Assembly: GCA_948466255.1 (NCBI GenBank) | Contig: CAOJZV010000006.1 | Coordinates: 2,521-66,520, forward strand | Direction: 5' to 3' | Source: an uncultured Bacillota bacterium | GTDB taxonomy: Bacteria > Bacillota_I > Bacilli_A > RF39 > UBA660 | Length of the DNA: 64,000 bases | In this document: in pieces, positions 8,929 through 16,541 of the stretch | How positions within the stretch are numbered: position 1 is the stretch's first letter | Layout of the letters: each line of letters opens with the position of its first letter | Translations under genes and position numbers: made by a program | The notes under the pieces: model-generated | Database searches by the model: none | The model's input: the letters and a program-made list of their open reading frames with translations, nothing else | What the model was told of the DNA's origin: nothing

Positions 8929-11229
8929 ATGGTTGATACAGAAGAAACTTTAGCAACTTTGAAAGTTGTAAAACGTAATGGAAAAAAAGTAGAATGGAAT
9001 GGGACTAAAATTGCAGTAGCAATAAAAAAAGGATTCGACAGTGTTAAAACTGAAGATGAAGAAAATAAATATACTGAAAAAGATATTAATAAAATATTTA
9101 ATGCAGTTGTAAAAAGAATTGAAAAAGAATATTTAGCTGATGAAAAAATTAAAATTGAACAAATTCAAGATTTAATTGAAGAAGAACTTCATAAAAAAGG
9201 ATATGAAGATGTTTATAAATCATTTTCTGAATACCGCGTGCGAAGAAATATGTCTAGACAAATGTTCTTTGGTGAAAAAAAACAACATAAATTCTTAAAA
9301 GCGATTGAAAATTTAGGTTTAAAATCAGCGCATGAGGAAGATGCGAAAAGGGAAAATGCTAATGTTGATGGTGATACAGCAATGGGAACTATGCTTCAAT
9401 ATGGAAGTACTGTTTCTAAAGAATTTGCGAAAGCTTATTTAATGAAACCTAAATTTGCTGAGGCTCATGACAATGGTGATATTCATATTCATGATATGGA
9501 CTTTATGCCAATGGGAACTACTACTTGTTGCCAAATCGATTTAAAGAAATTATTTGATAAAGGTTTTTCTACTGGACATGGTCATTTAAGAGAACCTCAA
9601 GGTATTATGAGTTATTCTGCATTAGCTGCTATTGCTATTCAGTCTAACCAAAACGACCAACACGGTGGGCAAAGTATTCCAGCATTTGATTATTATTTAG
9701 CGCCTGGTGTACTTATTACTTTTAAAAAACAATTTAAACAAGCAATTTGTGATTATTTAGATTTTACTGAATTTGGTAATTTTATCAATATGGATAGAAT
9801 TGCTAAAGATATTGATAAAATAAAATCTATTGAAGTTGATTTAAATGAATTTGATGGATACGCTAAAGGCTCTGAAGAAGTTAAACGTTTATTTAAAGTT
9901 GCTTATAAAAAAGCTTTAGCAAAAACTGATAGGGAAACTTATCAAGCTATGGAAGCATTTATTCACAATTTAAATACAATGCATTCTCGTGCCGGAGCTC
10001 AAGTTCCATTTTCATCTATTAACTTTGGAACTGATACTTCAGCTGAAGGTAGAATGGTAGTTCGTAATTATTTACTTGCTACTGATTCTGGGCTTGGTAA
10101 TCATGAAACACCAATTTTCCCAATTTCTATATTTAAGGTTAAAGAAGGGGTTAACTATAATCCAGAAGATCCTAACTATGATTTATTTAAATTATCTTGT
10201 GAGGTTTCTGCTAAGAGATTATTCCCTAACTTCTCATTTATAGATTCTACATTTAATAAAGCTACTTATAATCCAGATGATTATAGAACTGAAGTTGGTT
10301 ATATGGGATGTAGAACAAGAGTACTTGCTGATATAACATCGCCTGATAATCAAATTACTCCAGGAAGGGGTAACTTATCATTTACTTCAATTAACTTACC
10401 TAGATTAGGTATCAAACATGGACAAGTTAGTGGTGAACTTGATATGGATGCATTTTATGCTGAACTTGGAGAATTAATGGATTTAGTTAAAGATCAATTA
10501 CTTGAAAGATTTGAAATTCAATGTTCAAGACATGTTTATAATTTCCCATTCTTACTTGGGCAAGGTGTTTGGATTGACAGTGAAAGATTAAAACCTGGTG
10601 ATAGATTAAGAAAAGTTTTAAAACACGGTACTTTAACAGTTGGGTTTATCGGCCTTGCTGAATGTTTAGTAGCTTTAACTGGTAAACATCATGGTCAAAG
10701 TGAAGATTCTCAAAAATTAGGTTTAGAAATTATTGAATTTATGAGAAAAAGAACTGATGAGTACGCTCAAAAATATAATTTAAATTTCTCTTTAATTGCT
10801 ACACCTGCTGAAGGCTTATCTGGAAGATTTACTAATATAGATAAAGCAGTTTATGGTAAATTAAAAGGAATTACTGATAGAGATTATTATACTAATTCAT
10901 TCCATGTTCCTGTTTATTATAATATTTCAATAGCTAGGAAACTTGAATTAGAAGGACCTTACCACAACCTTACAAATGGTGGTCATATTAGTTATGTTGA
11001 ACTTGATGGTGATACGGCTATGAATACTGATGCATTTGAAAAAATTGTAAGACTTATGCATGATAATAATATTGGGTATGGAGCAATCAATCACCCAGTT
11101 GATAGAGATCCAGTATGTGGATATACAGGGGTTATTGGAGATGTTTGTCCAGGATGTGGACGTAGAGAAGGCGAAGGCGTTCCAATTGAAAGAGTTAAAA
11201 ATGCAGATTTAACTTGTTGCGGAAGATAG
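8929..11229 (+). CDS. nrdD: Anaerobic ribonucleoside-triphosphate reductase (class III RNR) body, lacking the glycyl-radical motif
   Basis: N-terminal ATP-cone (VVKRNGKKVEWNGTKI) and an NrdD core (GTTTCCQIDL, NLSFTSINLPRLG, ATPAEGLSGRF, CPGCG Zn-ribbon). The ORF ends at TAG 11227-11229 before any RxxGY motif. Confidence 0.9.
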   Translation: MVDTEETLATLKVVKRNGKKVEWNGTKIAVAIKKGFDSVKTEDEENKYTEKDINKIFNAVVKRIEKEYLADEKIKIEQIQDLIEEELHKKGYEDVYKSFSEYRVRRNMSRQMFFGEKKQHKFLKAIENLGLKSAHEEDAKRENANVDGDTAMGTMLQYGSTVSKEFAKAYLMKPKFAEAHDNGDIHIHDMDFMPMGTTTCCQIDLKKLFDKGFSTGHGHLREPQGIMSYSALAAIAIQSNQNDQHGGQSIPAFDYYLAPGVLITFKKQFKQAICDYLDFTEFGNFINMDRIAKDIDKIKSIEVDLNEFDGYAKGSEEVKRLFKVAYKKALAKTDRETYQAMEAFIHNLNTMHSRAGAQVPFSSINFGTDTSAEGRMVVRNYLLATDSGLGNHETPIFPISIFKVKEGVNYNPEDPNYDLFKLSCEVSAKRLFPNFSFIDSTFNKATYNPDDYRTEVGYMGCRTRVLADITSPDNQITPGRGNLSFTSINLPRLGIKHGQVSGELDMDAFYAELGELMDLVKDQLLERFEIQCSRHVYNFPFLLGQGVWIDSERLKPGDRLRKVLKHGTLTVGFIGLAECLVALTGKHHGQSEDSQKLGLEIIEFMRKRTDEYAQKYNLNFSLIATPAEGLSGRFTNIDKAVYGKLKGITDRDYYTNSFHVPVYYNISIARKLELEGPYHNLTNGGHISYVELDGDTAMNTDAFEKIVRLMHDNNIGYGAINHPVDRDPVCGYTGVIGDVCPGCGRREGEGVPIERVKNADLTCCGR

Positions 11230-11241
11230 GAGGATATAAAA

Positions 11242-11403
11242 ATGAAAGCAGAAGAAAAAAAAGTTGGCGAAGGAGTTAAATTCGAAAGAATTAGAAGAAT
11301 TACTGGTTATTTAGTAGGAACTACTGATAAATTTAATAACGGTAAAAGAGCCGAAGAACAAGATAGAGTTAAACATGATGCTTCTAAAATAATTTCAAAA
11401 TAA
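11242..11403 (+). CDS. Stand-alone glycyl-radical domain peptide of NrdD (53 aa)
   Basis: Not in the ORF track because it is under 60 aa. Translation: MKAEEKKVGEGVKFERIRRITGYLVGTTDKFNNGKRAEEQDRVKHDASKIISK. This is the class III RNR C-terminal motif (RxxGY...FNxGKxxE...RVKH). An AGGAGG SD lies 8 nt upstream. The ORF is in the same frame as nrdD and its TAA overlaps the nrdG ATG (TAATG). Confidence 0.75.
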   Translation: MKAEEKKVGEGVKFERIRRITGYLVGTTDKFNNGKRAEEQDRVKHDASKIISK

Positions 11404-11954
11404 TGAAAATTCGTTTAGCTAGTGATTTACAATCAGATAGTATTGTAGATGGTGAAGGAATTAGGACAGTTATTTGGACGCAAGGTTGCTCTCATAACTG
11501 TCCTGGTTGCCATAATCCGGCCACTCATGATTTTAATGGCGGATTTTTAACTGATACTGATGAAATAAATAAGGAATTATCTTTATTAAAAGCTCAAACA
11601 GGCATTACTTTTTCTGGTGGTGATCCACTATTTCAAGTGGAAGCTTGCACAGAAATAGCAAAACATGCTAAAAAAATTGGTATGAATGTTTGGTGCTATA
11701 CAGGATTTACTTTTGAAGAGTTAATTAAATCTAAAAAGAATATAGAGTTTCTTAAATATGTTGATGTATTAGTTGATGGTAAGTTTATCATGGCAGAAAG
11801 AAGCTTAAATGTTGATTTTAGAGGTTCACGTAATCAACGTATTATTGATGTACCAGCTTCATTAGAAGAAAGTAGGGTAGTTTTAATACCTAAATATATT
11901 GGTGAAAGATATGTTGATGTAAGCATTCCTAAAAAAGAACATATTTATATATAA
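11403..11954 (+). CDS. nrdG: Anaerobic RNR activating protein (radical SAM)
   Basis: CxxxCxxC cluster motif GCSHNCPGCHNP. Size and position are typical of NrdG. Confidence 0.9.
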   Translation: MKIRLASDLQSDSIVDGEGIRTVIWTQGCSHNCPGCHNPATHDFNGGFLTDTDEINKELSLLKAQTGITFSGGDPLFQVEACTEIAKHAKKIGMNVWCYTGFTFEELIKSKKNIEFLKYVDVLVDGKFIMAERSLNVDFRGSRNQRIIDVPASLEESRVVLIPKYIGERYVDVSIPKKEHIYI

Positions 11955-11973
11955 AAGCCTTATGGCTTTTTTT
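11954..11973 (+). terminator. Intrinsic terminator after nrdG
   Basis: AAAGCC-TTAT-GGCTTT hairpin followed by T7. Confidence 0.7.
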
Positions 11974-11979
11974 GTATGC

Positions 11980-12022
11980 GATTTGCATTTTCTAAGAAAA
12001 TTGTTATAATACTATGCAAATC
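11980..12022 (+). promoter_or_regulatory. Strong promoter of the islet operon, bracketed by a 9-bp inverted repeat
   Basis: TTGCAT (11983-11988), a 16-nt spacer, then an extended -10 TGTTATAAT (12002-12010). The arms GATTTGCAT (11980-11988) and ATGCAAATC (12014-12022) are perfect inverted repeats. Confidence 0.5.
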
Positions 12023-12035
12023 AAGGGGGTATTTT

Positions 12036-12146
12036 ATGATTGCGTTAACTGATGTGGAAAGAAAGATATTGAAATATAAAATGTTATGCTTTGGATATGA
12101 TGAATATGAAACTACTTTTTTGAAACAGATGAGTATAAAAGATTGA
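12036..12146 (+). CDS. Possible 36-aa leader ORF of the islet operon
   Basis: ATG follows a GGGGG SD. Translation: MIALTDVERKILKYKMLCFGYDEYETTFLKQMSIKD. There is no homology evidence, so it may be non-coding. Confidence 0.25.
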   Translation: MIALTDVERKILKYKMLCFGYDEYETTFLKQMSIKD

Positions 12147-12154
12147 GGATAGAT

Positions 12155-13015
12155 ATGTTAGATAATCTACCTGTTTTAAATGATGAACGTCTAAAATTTA
12201 AATTTTGTGATAAAAGTGAAGTGCTTAGTGCTGGGAGATATGTTTTGGATAAACATTGTGATGGAATAGATTTAAAAATTCCATATACTAATGGTGATGA
12301 TTTAGAAACACAAATAATTAGCCGTTTTGGAGAAAAACCTTCAGTGGAAAGTTATGATGAAATTATTGAATATATAAAAAATAATATTGAACTAGTTAGG
12401 GTAACCGATATACCTTTATATTTAGATAGTTATAAAGAACGAAATGGATCTACTACAACAACGTGCTTTTATTCAAGTAAAGATTTAGAAGAATCCTTTT
12501 TTGAAAAGCTTCCGGTTTGTACACATAGAATTAGTATTTTTGGCCCATGCGATGAGTTTGCAAAAACCACATATGTTCATGAAATGTATCATGCTTTACT
12601 GAATAGGAATAAAGGTAGTTTGAGAAATTTGTTGAATAAAGAATTCTTATCGATTTTTATGGAAAAAGTAGCAGCTTATGATTTAGATAATTCTGGCAAT
12701 TTGTTTGAATTAAGAAATCTTTATAGACTGCTTTCAATAAAGGAAAACATAATTGAAAAAACTCGTGAAGAATTTAATACCCGAAATGCAGAAAGTATTA
12801 CGAAAAATGAGAGCTATATAATATCGGGATTATTGGCTACTGATTTATTTAATACATATTTGAGAGGTTCAAATAAGCTAAAAAAAGAAATTGATTTATC
12901 AATTAATGAAGTTTTAATGGGTAATGGCGTTATTGAAGATGTTATTGATAAATATGAAGTGACTTTAGAAAAAGGTTCTAAAATAATGAAAAAGCAGATA
13001 AAACATTTTAGTTAG
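12155..13015 (+). CDS. Hypothetical protein with an HExxH zinc-metallopeptidase motif
   Basis: VHEMYHAL motif in a ~286-aa soluble protein. ATG 12155 follows a GAGGA SD. The family was not recognised. Confidence 0.55.
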   Translation: MLDNLPVLNDERLKFKFCDKSEVLSAGRYVLDKHCDGIDLKIPYTNGDDLETQIISRFGEKPSVESYDEIIEYIKNNIELVRVTDIPLYLDSYKERNGSTTTTCFYSSKDLEESFFEKLPVCTHRISIFGPCDEFAKTTYVHEMYHALLNRNKGSLRNLLNKEFLSIFMEKVAAYDLDNSGNLFELRNLYRLLSIKENIIEKTREEFNTRNAESITKNESYIISGLLATDLFNTYLRGSNKLKKEIDLSINEVLMGNGVIEDVIDKYEVTLEKGSKIMKKQIKHFS

Positions 13016-13321
13016 GATTATAATTAAAGATAGTATTGCATTTATACTGTCTTTTTTGTAAAAAACATTTAAAATAGTTGATTTATTATGTGGATATTTG
13101 ATATACTAAAACTGGTTAAAGGGCTAGTACAGACTTTGATTTAGTTTGTGCTATTTTTTTGTATATAATGAATTATATACAAAAATAAATAATGATTAAT
13201 TTGTTTAAAATATAAAAAAAATAGAAAAATTTATCAGATTACGAAGTATTTGTAAGATCTATCAACTTAGTTTTTAACGAGGTTTTATAGTTGTAAAGTT
13301 GGGGGTGGTATTATTAAAAAT

Positions 13322-14725
13322 TTGAATAAACTTTTTGAAGGAATAAAAGCAATTAATCATGCCGTTTGTGAAACATCAAAAAGGCAAAGACTTTCTATTA
13401 ATAATGATGAATTTAATTCTGATTCTATTATACAAATATTAGAACACATAAATTATATTAAAAGTTTTTCTTTATCTGATACTCAGTTAAAAATTATTAT
13501 TAATACTCCTAAAGTAACAGATGATGCAATTTTGTTAATTTTTGAATCAATAATTTATTATGTATTAAAACATGAAATTTGTGAGATAAGTTATACTTTT
13601 GTATTAAACAAACAATTAATTGGGTATAAAATGTTTAAAATGAGCAATTTATATAAATATAACACTAAAGTTATTGATAAAGATAGTTTCATAATGGATT
13701 ATGAACAAGATTATGTGTTTAAAAAACATTATAGAAAGGTTTGTAAATATTCTTTCGAAAATGTGTATAATGAATATTTATCAGTTATTCTTACTGATAT
13801 ATCTTCGTTTTTTAAAAACTGTAATATTTATGAAAAATATGCTGATGACTTATCCGAAGCTATTGCGGAAATTATTGGCAACGCTTTAGAACATTCTAAT
13901 GACAATTGTATTTTGGATATTAAAGTTTTATATGATGATTATAAAAAATATAAATTTATTAATGTTACAACTTTATCTATAGGAGATGTTTTTGTGGGGA
14001 ATAAAATAATTAATTATGTTGAAAATCCAAATAATAATTGTTATAATAGTAGTAATCAGATTGTTTTGGATGCATATAATAATCATAAAAGTAAATTCGA
14101 TGAATTATATGATTTGTCGTCTTTCGCACTTGTTTCTGCTTTTCAGAAATATGTTACTACACGGTTTGATTCTGTTAGCTCTGGTGGAACTGGATTAACA
14201 ACATTAATTCAACAATTAATCGATAAATCAGATGGTGATTATTGTTATTTGCTGACAGGAGACAATGTTATATATTTTAAGGATGAATATTTAAAACTAA
14301 CAGATGATGGTTTGATAGGATTTAATAAGTCAAACGATTATATTGAACAACCACCTAGTGATGATGTGGTAAAAAAAGTAAAAAACAAGCTTAATGTAAC
14401 AATATATAGCTTACAATTTATGTTAAAGGAGGATGAACCTATGAATAGAATAGAATTAGATTTTAATAAAACGATAACTGGTTTGGCTGGTAATCTTTAT
14501 GGGGTTACTGAATATAATAAACAAGCTAAGGATAAATTTGATTGGAATGGTATGAATGAGATTATTTTCCCAAATCATATTACAAAAGTTAGTATTTCTT
14601 TTGTTCAAGGATTCTTTAAAGAGATACTAGAAAAAATTAATAAAGAAGATATTGATGATTATGTTACAATTAAAACTTCGGCAGACGAATTAACTGAAAA
14701 GATAATAGGAAATATAAAATTTTAA
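13322..14725 (+). CDS. GHKL/histidine-kinase-like ATPase fused to a C-terminal STAS-like (DUF4325-like) domain
   Basis: N-box EIIGNALEHS and G2-like SSGGTGLTTL. The C-terminal ~90 aa (IELDFNKT...IIFPNHITKVSISFVQGFFKEI) resembles, from memory, the STAS-like DUF4325 module. The start codon is uncertain: TTG 13322 lies 13 nt after GGGGGTGG. Confidence 0.5.
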   Translation: MNKLFEGIKAINHAVCETSKRQRLSINNDEFNSDSIIQILEHINYIKSFSLSDTQLKIIINTPKVTDDAILLIFESIIYYVLKHEICEISYTFVLNKQLIGYKMFKMSNLYKYNTKVIDKDSFIMDYEQDYVFKKHYRKVCKYSFENVYNEYLSVILTDISSFFKNCNIYEKYADDLSEAIAEIIGNALEHSNDNCILDIKVLYDDYKKYKFINVTTLSIGDVFVGNKIINYVENPNNNCYNSSNQIVLDAYNNHKSKFDELYDLSSFALVSAFQKYVTTRFDSVSSGGTGLTTLIQQLIDKSDGDYCYLLTGDNVIYFKDEYLKLTDDGLIGFNKSNDYIEQPPSDDVVKKVKNKLNVTIYSLQFMLKEDEPMNRIELDFNKTITGLAGNLYGVTEYNKQAKDKFDWNGMNEIIFPNHITKVSISFVQGFFKEILEKINKEDIDDYVTIKTSADELTEKIIGNIKF

Positions 14726-14726
14726 T

Positions 14727-15182
14727 ATGACTATTTTTGAGATTATATATGTTATTTTATTAGTTTTAACTTTAGGCATGTCTATAATTTCTCTTAAGGT
14801 TTCTTTAGCTGTTAGCCAAAAAGATCAGGCAATAAAAATAAGAGAAAAATATTATGATGAAATTTTTAGTGAAATGATAACAAAAAAAATTCCTTATCTA
14901 TATAATAAATTTGTGAATAAGGAAATTGGCAATATAAATGTTAGTATTTCTTCTAAATTTGAAAAAGAAATCGGTTTTTTTAGAGAAAAAATTAGATTTT
15001 TGGAATTTAATTACCCTAATTTTTATAAAGAACTTGATTCGCAGCTAATAGATCTTGATGATAAAGTTGTTTTACTTAGTACTAAACCAGAAAATGTTCA
15101 AAGACTTATTCCTGAGTTTTATGATGGAATTTCAAATGTATATAGACTTGTTGAAAGATTTTATACAAAACATAAATTGTAG
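14727..15182 (+). CDS. Hypothetical small protein with an N-terminal TM helix
   Basis: 151 aa, with the start 1 nt after the stop of the upstream gene. N-terminal hydrophobic helix IIYVILLVLTLGMSIISL. No known motif. Confidence 0.5.
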   Translation: MTIFEIIYVILLVLTLGMSIISLKVSLAVSQKDQAIKIREKYYDEIFSEMITKKIPYLYNKFVNKEIGNINVSISSKFEKEIGFFREKIRFLEFNYPNFYKELDSQLIDLDDKVVLLSTKPENVQRLIPEFYDGISNVYRLVERFYTKHKL

Positions 15183-15316
15183 TAATTATTAATATTTTTA
15201 TATTCGTTATTTTAAAAGTAATTGTATAATTGCTTTTTTATATGCAGGTATATTTTAAGGAATTTAAATAAAAATTAAAAATTTAAATAAAAACTATTCC
15301 ATTTTTCGACAAAATG

Positions 15317-15387
15317 TGCTACAATGTAATTGCAGTATGATTTATGTTTTTAGCTGTAGACAGCCTGTAGTTTGGGCTGTTTTTTTG
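15317..15387 (+). promoter_or_regulatory. trpS leader: extended -10 promoter followed by an intrinsic terminator
   Basis: TGCTACAAT (15317-15325), then an ACAGCC/GGCTGT hairpin (15360-15380) followed by T7. This lies about 50 nt upstream of the trpS SD. No T-box sequence is present. Confidence 0.4.
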
Positions 15388-15438
15388 TTTTGATTTATGT
15401 TATACTTATTTATAGTTTAATTAAAGGAGAAATGTTTT

Positions 15439-16419
15439 ATGAAAAAAGTGTTAACTGGCTTGCAACCAACAGGAGAAATAACTTTAGGAAATTATATAGG
15501 TGCGATTAAACCAATGACTAAATTACAAGATGAGTATGATTCTTATTTATTTGTTGCGGATATGCATTCTATAACTGTAGCTCAAAATCCTAAAGAACTT
15601 AGAAATAATATTAAAAAATTACTTGCTTTATATTTAGCTTGCGGAATTGATCCAAATAAAAATACTATTTATATTCAATCAGAAAATGAATATCATACAA
15701 ATATTTCTTGGCTTTTAGAATGTACTACTTACTTTGGTGAACTATCTAGAATGACACAATTTAAAGATAAAAGTAAGAAAAATGCTAATTTTAGCTGTGG
15801 ATTATTTACTTATCCAGTGTTAATGGCTGCTGATATTTTAGCTTATGACATTGATTATGTTCCAGTTGGAATCGATCAAAAACAACATGTTGAACTTACT
15901 CGTGATATTGCAGATAGATTTAATAAAAAATATGGCGATACTTTTAAACTTCCAGAGCCACTTATTAGTGAATCAGGAACCAAAATTATGGATTTAACTG
16001 ATCCTATTCATAAAATGAGTAAATCAGGAGATAATGAAAAAGGTATTATTCGTATGTTAGATGAACCAGAAGTAATTCGTAAGAAAATTATGGGAGCAGT
16101 TACTGATAGTGAAGCTACTGTTAAATTTGATATGGAAAATAAATCTGGAGTATCTAATTTAATGAATATTTATTCAGCAATTACTGGTAAAACTAATGAA
16201 GAAATAGAAAAAGAATTTGAAAATTGCAATTACGGTGAATTTAAAAGAAGTGTGGCTGATGTAGTTGTAGCTGAAATAAGCGCGATTCAAGAAAAATATT
16301 ATAAAATTATCAACGGAAATGAACTTGATGAAATCTTAGATAAAGGAATTAATATAACTAGAAAGATTGCTAAAGAAAAATATGAAGATATGAAAAATAA
16401 AATGGGATTAGGTAGATAA
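15439..16419 (+). CDS. trpS: Tryptophan--tRNA ligase
   Basis: Class I motifs: TGEITLGNYIG in the HIGH region and KMSKS. Size is typical at 326 aa. Confidence 0.95.
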   Translation: MKKVLTGLQPTGEITLGNYIGAIKPMTKLQDEYDSYLFVADMHSITVAQNPKELRNNIKKLLALYLACGIDPNKNTIYIQSENEYHTNISWLLECTTYFGELSRMTQFKDKSKKNANFSCGLFTYPVLMAADILAYDIDYVPVGIDQKQHVELTRDIADRFNKKYGDTFKLPEPLISESGTKIMDLTDPIHKMSKSGDNEKGIIRMLDEPEVIRKKIMGAVTDSEATVKFDMENKSGVSNLMNIYSAITGKTNEEIEKEFENCNYGEFKRSVADVVVAEISAIQEKYYKIINGNELDEILDKGINITRKIAKEKYEDMKNKMGLGR

Positions 16420-16541
16420 TAAAGTTTCTTAATAAATTAAGGGACTTTTTTCTTTACGAATTTTGTCATTTAAAGTTGCATTTTTTTTAAAACCTGCTAT
16501 AATACGTTTATGTAGTATGTTGTATTATAGGGGGAATTTAA

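Noticed and set aside
13090-13098. DnaA-box-like TGTGGATAT, and a TTATCCACT within polC, as a hint of a replication origin
   Set aside because: These are single 8-of-9 matches with no cluster, no adjacent dnaA/dnaN and no AT-rich unwinding-element context.
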